IMG/VR virus record: IMGVR_UViG_651053001_000005 | Location: 62,001-87,371 of that record | Length of the DNA stretch: 25,371 nucleotides | Strand: one strand, 5' to 3' | Source: an uncultured virus (IMG/VR IMGVR_UViG_651053001_000005) | Taxonomy: Duplodnaviria > Heunggongvirae > Uroviricota > Caudoviricetes | Shown: positions 8,787 through 17,585 of the stretch, one piece after another | Position numbering within the stretch: position 1 is the first letter of the stretch | Layout: each line of letters opens with the position of its first letter | Notes under the pieces: model-generated | What the model was told of the DNA's origin: nothing | Databases searched by the model: none | Seen by the model: only the letters and a program-made list of their open reading frames with translations | Program-made: the position numbers and the translations under genes

Positions 8787-9341
8787 TTATAAACCAATCT
8801 CAATCGCTTTTTCATATGCTGAATGGAAAATGATTTTGTTATCTTTCCATTCGGCATTACCTACCCCTAACACATCAAGGTCGTCTTCACCCTCAGTATT
8901 TCGTGTCATAATATATACGGTGTCCTTATTCACTTTTCTCATTAAACCAGGGTATAAACTAGGAACATGCACATAAAAATCGTAAAAGTGATTCGTTTCC
9001 CCTAAGGTGGCGTTTCTATGCTCTATTGTTACTATTACATTTTTAGTTGGCGAAGAAATGGTACCGTATGAATCACCAGTTGCCACCAACAATGCAACTA
9101 TAAGTACCACTGGAATTGTTATGCAAATTACAAATAATCGCCGTATTTTATACCACCGAGCTAACACAAAAAAACCGACTAAAGTAAGTAGTACAGGAAA
9201 AATACAATTTGTTTCCAGCACAAAGCTTAAGTAATAACCATCATGAGACATCAAGAAAACAGCTAAATCAAATGCTAAAATCAAGACAAAGAAGATTGTT
9301 GCTGCATTTATTTGGCGCAATACTTTGTTTACCATATTCAT
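8787..9341 (-). CDS. Membrane protein (3 TM plus soluble C-terminal domain)
   Basis: 184-aa ORF with three hydrophobic stretches. Confidence 0.75.
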   Translation of the reverse strand: MNMVNKVLRQINAATIFFVLILAFDLAVFLMSHDGYYLSFVLETNCIFPVLLTLVGFFVLARWYKIRRLFVICITIPVVLIVALLVATGDSYGTISSPTKNVIVTIEHRNATLGETNHFYDFYVHVPSLYPGLMRKVNKDTVYIMTRNTEGEDDLDVLGVGNAEWKDNKIIFHSAYEKAIEIGL

Positions 9342-9351
9342 TCCCCATGTT

Positions 9352-9522
9352 TTATTTAATCTTAGCTTCTATTTGTACAAACTCTCCCAGAGGCTCAACA
9401 CATGCTACTTCGTACATGCAGTCGTCATATGTATTGAGTAGAACCTGTGTTTCCTCTGTTATTTGACTTCTCTCTAACATGGTTTGTAATGAATTTATTA
9501 GCTGCTTTATGTTCATAGACAT
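9352..9522 (-). CDS. Small hypothetical protein, 56 aa
   Basis: MSMNIKQLINSLQTMLERSQITEETQVLLNTYDDCMYEVACVEPLGEFVQIEAKIK; RBS AGGGGAG; fills the gap between neighbours; below the track cutoff. Confidence 0.7.
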   Translation of the reverse strand: MSMNIKQLINSLQTMLERSQITEETQVLLNTYDDCMYEVACVEPLGEFVQIEAKIK

Positions 9523-9525
9523 TAA

Positions 9526-9948
9526 TTAATCTCCCCTTTCTACTGAATTTCTCTGTATATTTCTTAGCCTTTTAGACAATGCCTGTTGATACTTCTTCCC
9601 TTCAATAGTTGCTGAACAATCAATTAGGTTAAGCGTGTGGCATTCTTTTTCAACAGTAGACAATAATTGATCACCTACATCACGATTAACCCATTTTTTA
9701 TGCCTTCTTTCTGCCATGTATGAAAAACCAAAATTATTTTGTGTGTGTAAATTCACTATACAGCTGGTTGATAAACTTTCGATTGCAGTTTTAGCAGCAA
9801 GAATTATTGATCTGTTTTGCGTTCGCTCTAAACAGGTGAAATATGTTTCTTTCATAATTCCTTTGTATCTAAATATCGCGATAGCTACCCCAGTTTTTGC
9901 AGGTGCTTTTTGTAGCACTCTGATAAAAATATCAATTTCTTTAGACAT
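9526..9948 (-). CDS. RNase HI-fold protein, catalytic acids apparently lost
   Basis: GVAIAIFRY...RTQNRSIILAAKTAIESLSTSCIVNLHTQN...VNRDV aligns by eye with RNase HI TNNRMELxAxIxALExL...VxLxTDS...NxDL. Confidence 0.6.
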   Translation of the reverse strand: MSKEIDIFIRVLQKAPAKTGVAIAIFRYKGIMKETYFTCLERTQNRSIILAAKTAIESLSTSCIVNLHTQNNFGFSYMAERRHKKWVNRDVGDQLLSTVEKECHTLNLIDCSATIEGKKYQQALSKRLRNIQRNSVERGD

Positions 9949-10131
9949 AATATCCACCTTTTCAAGATTTTATATTATATCTAATTATCACACATTTAGA
10001 CTAAAGCTCAATATATTTTTCGTTTTAGTCGTAGCCAACTTTTCACTCATCTTTATAGCATATCCGCTCCCTTTAAAAAAAGTGAGCGAAAGTATTTTAG
10101 TTTAGAATAATAACATTTAGTTATACATCTG

Positions 10132-10884
10132 TTAAGCTGGCTTACGCTTACTAATTAAATCGGTTATGTAGTCTGCACCTTTAGCAGTTAGATACGTTTT
10201 TGAAACATATCCAATCTTAGATGTTGGCACACTTTTAACTTCAAATAAACCACGACCCATATATTTCTGGTATGGAAGGTTATTTGCCATCAGGATTTTC
10301 TGATCCTTAAGAAAAGTGAATAACTTATTACGTCCAAATCCTTTGATATTTAATTCCTTAGCAAGTGAACCAATGTCCATTAGCCCGTCAGCGTCCAAGA
10401 ACTGATGATACTTCTCCACTTTTGGTTGATACTCAGTTACCTGCTGTTCCAAAAGGAGTTTTTCAGATTCAATTCTCTCACGTTCCTTTTGTTCTTGAAT
10501 CCATCTCTCTGCCCGTTGGATTGAGTTATCAATCATATAGGAAGGAACTAATTGTTTTTTAAGCTGTGTTTCCATTTCTTCAAACCGAGTGACATAATGT
10601 GCCGTAAACAAAACGCCTTTTGTGCCATTCATTTTATTAGCCACCATGTCGCAACCTTTACGTGTTAGAAGATAATACTTGTAGGATTTATTGTTGCCCT
10701 CTGTTTTATAGTGATCTTTAATGTAAAAATCCTGAGAGCGCAATTCTGCGCTTTCTAAAATTTGGATATGATTATGAATTGTTCTAAGAAATTCTTTATG
10801 TTCTTTCCCTACCATATCAGCCACTTCACGACTATCCATTAAAAGTTGTCCATCCCGTTCAATTACAGTTAAATTTTTTTCCAA
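10132..10884 (-). CDS. Rha-family / KilAC (ANT) phage antirepressor
   Basis: N-terminal DSREVADMVGKEHKEFLRTI...LLTRKGCDMVANKMNGTKGVLFTAHYVTRFEEME (Rha); C-terminal QPKVEK...IGSLAKEL...GRNKLFTFLK...PYQKYM...TAKG (ANT). Confidence 0.9.
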   Translation of the reverse strand: MEKNLTVIERDGQLLMDSREVADMVGKEHKEFLRTIHNHIQILESAELRSQDFYIKDHYKTEGNNKSYKYYLLTRKGCDMVANKMNGTKGVLFTAHYVTRFEEMETQLKKQLVPSYMIDNSIQRAERWIQEQKERERIESEKLLLEQQVTEYQPKVEKYHQFLDADGLMDIGSLAKELNIKGFGRNKLFTFLKDQKILMANNLPYQKYMGRGLFEVKSVPTSKIGYVSKTYLTAKGADYITDLISKRKPA

Positions 10885-11106
10885 TAAAATCCCTCCAATT
10901 AATTTGATTTATGTATATTTAGATCTTTATCAAAAAGTTTACATTTCACATTCAAATCACCCCCCTTACGTCCATTATCTTCTTAATAAAACAGCAACAA
11001 GAACCCTTATGATAAAAAGCTTTTAGAGGTCTGTTGTATCCTAAAAAAGAAGAATAACCATTAGGATTTTTTCAATTCATATAAAATATGCATTTTATTT
11101 AGATTC

Positions 11107-12903
11107 TTAACAAACAAGATCATGTTGCCTATACTCATCAAAAAACATATTACAGTGACCAATTTGACTAAGATACAGGCTCTCCTTAGGTCTTGTTACG
11201 CCGACATAAAATAATCTTGCTTCGTCTAAAAGATCGCTTTTTCTATGAGGAAACTTACCATCTTCAACCCCAATTAAGAACACATGTTTAAATTCTAGAC
11301 CCTTGCTTGCGTGAATAGTCATTAATCGCACCGCATTTTCATTTTTCTTTTTACTTGGCTTGTTGCCGTATACAAAATTAATGAACTGCTCTAAGTTATT
11401 ATTCTTAACAAATTTCTTCATGGTATTGAGAGATTCTTTTCTGTCAGTTATCTCATCTTCATCGAGGTATTTCTCTTCTATGTAATCATTCATTCTGAAA
11501 GTTTTAACTACATTGTCGATCAATTCTTCCACGGCAATCCCTTTAAGCACTTGCATTTGGAGTTTATTAATCATACTTTGGAATTTCAAGACGTTATCGT
11601 TTTGAGTCGGACGATCAAATCTCATATTTAACATGGCCTCATATAAGGACATATTTGTTTGTCCGGCAAATGACTCAACATCTTTTAAATTCTTATTGCT
11701 AAAATAACGAAATGGATCATTCCTTAGTGTGAAAATATCTCGAAAGGCTGCATCATCATGTGGATCACGAATTAATCTTAAATAAGCTACAATCCCTTTT
11801 ACCTCTTTTCTCTTGAAAAAGCTCCCATTATTAGTAATATCATATTCAATTTCACGCCTTTTTAATTCATTCTCAACATAGCTAGAATGAGAGTTTAATC
11901 TATAAAGGACACAAATTTCTGATGGTTTTTCACCGGCTTTAAGCAATGTTTCAATTTTATCAGCTGTATTCAGACCTTCTACTTCTCTGTCCTGATACGT
12001 TAGTGTTTGAATTTCGCCATTGTTATGAATATTAGGGACGGAGTCTGCGTAATGTTCATAGTCACCATAGTATTCCTTGATAAAGCTGTTTGCGTTATCA
12101 ACTATGTTTTTATTTGATCTATAATTTGTATCCAGGTTAATCACAGTGGCGTTTTCCCAATCCTTTTCAAACTCCATACAATACTCAGTATTGCCGCCTC
12201 TAAATGTGTAAATAGCTTGTCTATAATCGAATAAGCAGAATATGTTACCAGAGGCGCAAAGTTCTTTTAAAATGAGATTTTGTACTAAGTTAGAATCTTG
12301 ATGCTCGTCTACAAGAATAAATTCATACGTATACTTATGTTTATTGTTTTTTAGCACCTTGTAACACTCCAATAAATAATCATCATAATCGTACAGTCCG
12401 TTTTTGGATTTAAAAGCCTCATACTCCTTATAGAAGAGACGTAATTGCTCCTCGGTATATTTACTCTCTTTAATTAAAAACTCGTCTGTGTAGCCCCTTA
12501 AAAAGTTCTTTTGGTAGCTGATGAAACCCGTAATGTCTTTAATGTCAGGTTTCTCTTCAAGTGATTTAAAACAGTTTTCTCGCTGCCATTCTTTAATCGT
12601 ATTTTTCTCGTTAATTTCAATTCCCTCTTTGAGAAGAATGTTGCGGCATACTGAATGAAATGTACCTACATTCACACTAGTTAATTTCTGCTTATGTAAT
12701 TTCTTCTTAAGCTCATTTGCAGTATTACGCGTAAAACTGATGGCTAAAATATCCTCTTGATCTTCACCGTAATCCCTCACCAATGTTTTAACACGGTTAA
12801 GGAGAACGGTGCTTTTACCGCTCCCTGCCCCTGCAATGACTGCACAAGCCCCTTTATAAAAATTAATCGCTTCTAATTGTTGTTTGTTAAACTTTAGAGT
12901 CAT
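11107..12903 (-). CDS. UvrD/PcrA/Rep SF1A DNA helicase, 598 aa
   Basis: AGAGSGKS, TFHS, LVDEHQD, DYRQAIYTFRG, NYRS, VLYRLN, MTIHASKGLEF, EARLFYVGVTR. Confidence 0.95.
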   Translation of the reverse strand: MTLKFNKQQLEAINFYKGACAVIAGAGSGKSTVLLNRVKTLVRDYGEDQEDILAISFTRNTANELKKKLHKQKLTSVNVGTFHSVCRNILLKEGIEINEKNTIKEWQRENCFKSLEEKPDIKDITGFISYQKNFLRGYTDEFLIKESKYTEEQLRLFYKEYEAFKSKNGLYDYDDYLLECYKVLKNNKHKYTYEFILVDEHQDSNLVQNLILKELCASGNIFCLFDYRQAIYTFRGGNTEYCMEFEKDWENATVINLDTNYRSNKNIVDNANSFIKEYYGDYEHYADSVPNIHNNGEIQTLTYQDREVEGLNTADKIETLLKAGEKPSEICVLYRLNSHSSYVENELKRREIEYDITNNGSFFKRKEVKGIVAYLRLIRDPHDDAAFRDIFTLRNDPFRYFSNKNLKDVESFAGQTNMSLYEAMLNMRFDRPTQNDNVLKFQSMINKLQMQVLKGIAVEELIDNVVKTFRMNDYIEEKYLDEDEITDRKESLNTMKKFVKNNNLEQFINFVYGNKPSKKKNENAVRLMTIHASKGLEFKHVFLIGVEDGKFPHRKSDLLDEARLFYVGVTRPKESLYLSQIGHCNMFFDEYRQHDLVC

Positions 12904-12904
12904 T

Positions 12905-13507
12905 CTAAATAATTCCCCCTTTTGTTCCTTCTTCTGTTTTTTCTAAATATGTAAATAAAGCATTGACTTTCTCTTGTTGAAGTGAATTATTTTCATGCAT
13001 AGCTATGTATTCGTTAATTTTCTTGTCAATATATTTTCTGCTCGGTGTCCATCTTTTAACAATTTTCAAAGCAGCTTCAAAGTCATTAATGTTAATGCTC
13101 GAAGTATTAGGTACATTTAGAGCTTCAGATACTTTTCCATAGCATTGCATCAACAACCCTCTATAAAATAAAAGGTGTTCTGGACTGCCAATTGGTTTTA
13201 CATAATCAAACACTCTGCTTTTAGCAGCATTTTTAAACTCTAGAAATTTTCCTGATTTATCATGTTGGAAGGTAAAGAATGTTTCATCGTATTCTTTAAA
13301 CTTGCCTTCCATCTTTGAAATTTCTTCTGCATTTTCACTTTCTTTTAAAGACAACTGCTCAACTTGAAGTTCCAGCTCTTTTTGTTTATCAGCCATTTTT
13401 ATAAAATCTTCACTTAATCTATTAACTTTTAAACTTAATACCTTGTCCATGAGCATATCAATTTCTCCATTTGACATCTTGTTCAATTCCAATTCATTAA
13501 TCGCCAT
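12905..13507 (-). CDS. Coiled-coil protein with ORF6C-like C-terminal domain
   Basis: Start ATG 13507 (RBS GAGGTGG); ALNVPNTSSININDFEAALKIVKRWTP resembles ORF6C (FxVxSYxxI...F..A...I..W.P). Confidence 0.65.
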   Translation of the reverse strand: MAINELELNKMSNGEIDMLMDKVLSLKVNRLSEDFIKMADKQKELELQVEQLSLKESENAEEISKMEGKFKEYDETFFTFQHDKSGKFLEFKNAAKSRVFDYVKPIGSPEHLLFYRGLLMQCYGKVSEALNVPNTSSININDFEAALKIVKRWTPSRKYIDKKINEYIAMHENNSLQQEKVNALFTYLEKTEEGTKGGII

Positions 13508-13508
13508 A

Positions 13509-14429
13509 TTAAACCACCTCAATAATATTATTTTTATTCGTAATTTTTCTCATTTCTTTGCACCAGGATTCCACATGCCCGATTACAGAATCAAGATTGT
13601 TCATTATAATTTGATTGTCACTCATATCCCTAATGGCCTTTGCATACTTTACAGGCGCTAAACTACCTTTTAATACTTTTTCAATCTCCCAAACCATTTC
13701 AGAAAGCTCAGAAGTGGCCTCAACCTGCCTACCTAAATCATCCTGTTCTCTTGTTACAGCCTTTAATTTATTTGTTAGCTCCTCGTATTCTTTTACTTTC
13801 ACATCACTCCTTTCAAGTTGTTGCTCTAAGATCAATTTTTGTTTAGATATATTTTCATATTTTTTATTTTGATACTCTAATTCTTTTTTTAATGCGTCTA
13901 TTTGTTTGTAGTCAGTGTTATCAATGACTTTTTCAACAACTGTCTTCTTCTCCTTTTCTCGTTTTAATTTAGTTTCCAACAAACAATTATCCTCTTCAGC
14001 TTTCCTCAGCTTAGCTTCAAGCTCTTTGTATTCCTTTAGTGTTTTGACTTCACCATTTAGGACTGCTTCCTTAGCTTGTTTCTTTGGTTCGGTTGATTCT
14101 GATGAAGGTTTAGCTATTTCATATGTTAGAGATACTGGCAGGTCTTCGATTATTTTTTGGTCTTCGCAATTTGCGATGAGCTTAAATCTGTTGATTAATC
14201 TATAAACCAAGTCCTTTTTCAATCCTATTGAATTGCACCATCTTTCAAACAGTCCATTATACTGATTGTTTCCAGCTAACTTTTCTTGTGCTTCCTTTAG
14301 CTCTCTCCCCAGCTCTGTATAGGCCTTGCCAACAATCTCACGCATGTTAAATTCTTTTTGTTTAAGGAAATCAGCAGTTGATTGATCAACTAAATCATAT
14401 TTGAACTCTTTTGATAATTCATTTGTCAT
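13509..14429 (-). CDS. DUF3102-like DNA-binding and coiled-coil protein
   Basis: AYTELGRELKEAQEKLA...GLFERWCNSIGL...VYRLI pattern; long coiled coil; start ATG 14429. Confidence 0.7.
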   Translation of the reverse strand: MTNELSKEFKYDLVDQSTADFLKQKEFNMREIVGKAYTELGRELKEAQEKLAGNNQYNGLFERWCNSIGLKKDLVYRLINRFKLIANCEDQKIIEDLPVSLTYEIAKPSSESTEPKKQAKEAVLNGEVKTLKEYKELEAKLRKAEEDNCLLETKLKREKEKKTVVEKVIDNTDYKQIDALKKELEYQNKKYENISKQKLILEQQLERSDVKVKEYEELTNKLKAVTREQDDLGRQVEATSELSEMVWEIEKVLKGSLAPVKYAKAIRDMSDNQIIMNNLDSVIGHVESWCKEMRKITNKNNIIEVV

Positions 14430-14433
14430 GTCT

Positions 14434-15222
14434 TTACATCCTTTCCAAGTTACCATTTCGATCCATTTTTAGCTTTATATTCTTCAAAGGGTTATCCTCT
14501 TTTTTCACTTTTGTTGATTTGGAACCATCTTCATCAAGATCAATCAACTCGCTTGCAATAAGCTCTTGAAGCTTGTCTATTCTTTTCTTCTGGCTTTTTA
14601 CTTTGTTACTAAGTTTATTGATCTTGTCATCTTTATCAGCTAATAGTTTGTTTGTTCCAGTCTTTTCATGTTTCAAAGACAAAATTTCGTTTTTAAGATC
14701 AAAGATTTCTTTTGTTGAGGTTTCTGTCATGTTTTGCACAGATTGCTGCATATTAAAAATCGGCGTTAACAATTTACTCATCTCATGTAGAATTTGTATA
14801 TTGTTCGACTTCATCATTTCCTTAATCACATTTGTATTTGAAGGAGGCACAACAACTTCTTTTCTTACCTTAATGGCTGTATCTGAATTTTTAAGGATCA
14901 TTGCCAATCTTAAAGCTGCTCTTTTAGGAACGATATATAGCTTAATGAATTTCCCAGGCATATTATATTTATGCTTAAATCCTTCAAGCTCTAATCCTTC
15001 TAGTTTCTTCAGTCCGTCTTCAACCAAAACCTCATTATTTCTGTGGATGTATGTAGTTAATGTAGGTACTTTCATTCCGAAATACTCTGACAAGAATTTT
15101 ATTGAAGTATGTTTTTTGTCACCTAGCATCTTTAACTTTTTCACTTTGTCCAAGGCATCAATTCGATCCATGTACTGCTCTCTTTCACTTTCTTTGATTA
15201 AATATAGATTGGTATTCTTCAT
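14434..15222 (-). CDS. Putative phage DNA-binding (antirepressor-like N-terminus) coiled-coil protein
   Basis: ALDKVKKL...LSEYF...IHRNNEVLVEDG...KRAALRLAMILKNSDTAIKVR; RBS GAGGAG. Confidence 0.7.
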   Translation of the reverse strand: MKNTNLYLIKESEREQYMDRIDALDKVKKLKMLGDKKHTSIKFLSEYFGMKVPTLTTYIHRNNEVLVEDGLKKLEGLELEGFKHKYNMPGKFIKLYIVPKRAALRLAMILKNSDTAIKVRKEVVVPPSNTNVIKEMMKSNNIQILHEMSKLLTPIFNMQQSVQNMTETSTKEIFDLKNEILSLKHEKTGTNKLLADKDDKINKLSNKVKSQKKRIDKLQELIASELIDLDEDGSKSTKVKKEDNPLKNIKLKMDRNGNLERM

Positions 15223-15331
15223 GTTATGTATTCTCCTCTTTAAATTTTTTAAGTTTAATGCGCCCTTAAAACATTATATTTTATTTTTATTCTTAAAGTA
15301 TATTCACTTCACTGTTGCTTTAACTTGATTA

Positions 15332-15381
15332 GAGTATAGCATGAGTATTTAAAATTAACAATAGTTATTTTATTTTTATTC
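15332..15381 (-). promoter_or_regulatory. sigmaA promoter of the helicase operon with 16-bp motif upstream of -35
   Basis: Minus strand TTGTTA-17 nt-TATACT with TG; motif at 15366-15381, second copy at 15277-15292. Confidence 0.65.
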
Positions 15382-15564
15382 TAAAAAAAGAAGAACATAT
15401 TATCGAGGTTCAGCTTGCTGAAACGAGACGGCCGTAAAGGCACTTTACGGACGAATTTATTATTTTTTTATTTAATTATTTTTCTGGTTCTCCTTAAGAC
15501 TTAGGCTCTAAAACCCTTGATATGACTGGCTTATTTTTTAAGTTTAAGAGGTTTGTCCTCTTTA

Positions 15565-16782
15565 TCAAGTATCGAGCCAGTTTGTGAGCAGCTTCCTCAT
15601 TCTCAAAGAAGGTATGTACAAAGTTATTTCTTCTCCATCCCTAATAGCAGACCTCCATACCCATTGCACTAACTCAGACAATGCAAATGCGTCCTGGTCT
15701 ATTGTAATACTGTACTTTTCTTTAAAATAATTATACAGAACAGTATTCGTATATCTGTTTATTGTATATGCTAAGTGTTTCTTATGCTTAAACTCGTTTG
15801 TAGCACGTGCATTACATGAGACAAACCCCTTTGTATACCCATTGCCCTTTATTCTGTTCTTATGGTCTGAATAAGTCGTCCACATAGCTTCATCACTTGA
15901 CGACTTAACAATATTATTAAAGTAATTGAATACATTGTTCTTCACCTTTTTGATTGTGTAAGGTGATTTATTTTTATACCAATTAGAAGACAGTGAAAAC
16001 TCCAGTTGTCCTATTGTATTTAGGTTGCCTTCATATATTTTTATTTTATTTCTTAACTCTTTTTTAAAGTTCCTTTCAAAATCAGTATCATGGTCAATGA
16101 ACCTATACTGTCCATCTATGTAAGCTGAAATATACTTCTGATACTCAATATTGTTCACATCGTAATAATATTTTTGTATTTGAGCATCAAACATATATGT
16201 AAGTATGTAAACCTCCTTGAATAACTGGAATACGTCGGCAGGAAAGTTCCAAATCAATATATTATCTTTAAAATACATTAGGTTGTTATTTAACGCCATA
16301 TCTCGAATATCATCGTATCGTGTTTCATAATCTTTTTTCTCTTCATTCCATTTGACAAAACCGTTTTCAACATAAATCAAATTGGAATCAAACAGTGTTG
16401 TTAGATCATGTTTCTTTACCTGTAATTGTTCCACTACTTCCATGACTTCATCTAATATTAGTGTGTAATTGCCTGCAAGTATAAGTTCCTTTGTCTCGTC
16501 GTTTGCGTTTTTAAAAAGGTTATGAGTTGCCACAATGTTTTTATTCTGTGATAAGAGTTCGTGAAAGGATTCAAACTTATATTGTGTTTTATCACCTTTC
16601 TTCTTTACTTTAGGTTCGAAAAATTGTTTGGACTTTATGCTTTTCTTTATGCGCTCAACTTCATTTAAATAAGGTGCGATGAATATAAAGGTTTCTTCTT
16701 TGCCAGCAGAATTCATTTTGTTAATCGCTGCAGATGTTTTACCGCTCCCCATAACCGAATCGACTATTTTAATTTTATTCAT
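15565..16782 (-). CDS. yonV: YonV-like P-loop NTPase (SF2 helicase-like), 405 aa
   Basis: CAT at 16780-16782 and TCA at 15565-15567 show the minus strand (track label + is wrong). Walker A MGSGKT, LILDEV, QWVWRSAIR; synteny with yonU/yonT. Confidence 0.85.
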   Translation of the reverse strand: MNKIKIVDSVMGSGKTSAAINKMNSAGKEETFIFIAPYLNEVERIKKSIKSKQFFEPKVKKKGDKTQYKFESFHELLSQNKNIVATHNLFKNANDETKELILAGNYTLILDEVMEVVEQLQVKKHDLTTLFDSNLIYVENGFVKWNEEKKDYETRYDDIRDMALNNNLMYFKDNILIWNFPADVFQLFKEVYILTYMFDAQIQKYYYDVNNIEYQKYISAYIDGQYRFIDHDTDFERNFKKELRNKIKIYEGNLNTIGQLEFSLSSNWYKNKSPYTIKKVKNNVFNYFNNIVKSSSDEAMWTTYSDHKNRIKGNGYTKGFVSCNARATNEFKHKKHLAYTINRYTNTVLYNYFKEKYSITIDQDAFALSELVQWVWRSAIRDGEEITLYIPSLRMRKLLTNWLDT

Positions 16783-16812
16783 AATATAAACAGACTTCCC
16801 CCTTTAATATTA

Positions 16813-16848
16813 AAAATAAAGGAACGGATAAATGTTTTACCGCTCCTT
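16813..16848 (-). terminator. Probable terminator of the yonT-yoyJ-yonU unit
   Basis: Imperfect AAGGA(A/G)CGG stem followed by a T-rich tract on the minus strand. Confidence 0.5.
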
Positions 16849-16862
16849 CTCATGTATGAAAT

Positions 16863-17102
16863 TCAATTGTTGATTCTTTCTTCAAGATCATGAATACGTC
16901 TTTCAAGTCCAGAGAATTTCTTATCATTGTATCGGTGGTCACTTTCAATATTCTTGTTAATAATCTTAAGCATGGATACAACCTCTTCAGGTTCATTTTC
17001 TTCGATTCGTTTAACCGTTTCTTTAATATCCTTAACGTCCTGCTTAATTGTGTTAATATCCTTGGAAAGTTGCTGTATCGCTTCAAGGATCTGATTTTCC
17101 AT
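16863..17102 (-). CDS. Coiled-coil protein at the yonU position, 79 aa
   Basis: MENQILEAIQQLSKDI...; RBS GAGGTG. Confidence 0.75.
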   Translation of the reverse strand: MENQILEAIQQLSKDINTIKQDVKDIKETVKRIEENEPEEVVSMLKIINKNIESDHRYNDKKFSGLERRIHDLEERINN

Positions 17103-17138
17103 TCCGCTCACCTCTAATAAGCTTAGTATAGCATGATG

Positions 17139-17357
17139 TCAGTTAGATTTGTTTACCTTCTTTTGGCGTATAACAAAGTAAGCGATCCATAACAAAATGA
17201 TAATGATACACGTTACTATGAAGATAGCCATAATAAGCGACTGTATTCCGCTGCTGAAGTAATCTTTGATGAAGAGGAACAATAAGAATAAAACAATAAA
17301 TGTTATGTTCGTAAACCATAATGAGAATCGTTTCATATTTACAATGTGCTTGTCCAT
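17139..17357 (-). CDS. yoyJ: YoyJ-like small membrane protein (start uncertain)
   Basis: Two TM segments with a basic tail; directly downstream of yonT as in SPbeta. Confidence 0.6.
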   Translation of the reverse strand: MDKHIVNMKRFSLWFTNITFIVLFLLFLFIKDYFSSGIQSLIMAIFIVTCIIIILLWIAYFVIRQKKVNKSN

Positions 17358-17371
17358 GTTATAATATGGGT

Positions 17372-17470
17372 AGTAACTAAAGGGGAATTAATCCCCTTTA
17401 GCGTGTTATCTGCGTATACGTTTGCGTTGTCTCTCTGGTCGGAGACGCTTGCGTGTACGCTTTTTCTTTT
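17372..17470 (+). ncRNA. SR6-like antisense antitoxin RNA (ends approximate)
   Basis: Plus-strand promoter TTTACA (17338) and TG-T-TATAAT (17357-17365); hairpin TAAAGGGGA-ATTAA-TCCCCTTTA; antisense to the yonT 3' end; ends in GCGTGTACGC plus T-run; about 100 nt. Confidence 0.7.
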
Positions 17471-17585
17471 TGCTTTCTTTATTCTTCATCAGGTTTTGAA
17501 TCTTCTCAGCTATCGTTAAACAGTTGATGATTAAAACCGTGATAGGAATAAGGAAAGCAATTGTTATACCCACTTTCTCAAGCAC
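17406..17585 (-). CDS. yonT: Type I toxin YonT, 59 aa
   Basis: GTG start with RBS GAAAGGAGGTG; MLEKVGITIAFLIPITVLIINCLTIAEKIQNL...KKKKRTRKRLRPERQRKRIRR (TM helix plus polybasic tail). Confidence 0.9.
   Translation of the reverse strand: MLEKVGITIAFLIPITVLIINCLTIAEKIQNLMKNKESKKKKRTRKRLRPERQRKRIRR

Noticed and set aside
11107..12903. Host pcrA or Gabija GajB
   Set aside because: Shorter than PcrA and without pcrB/ligA context; no adjacent OLD/TOPRIM nuclease.
14573..15328. 251-aa plus-strand ORF
   Set aside because: Antisense shadow of a Lys/Glu-rich coiled-coil gene; no RBS; typical F/L/S bias.
15565..16782. ORF-track assignment of the 405-aa ORF to the plus strand
   Set aside because: The start reads CAT at 16780-16782 and the stop TCA at 15565-15567; the listed protein is encoded on the minus strand.
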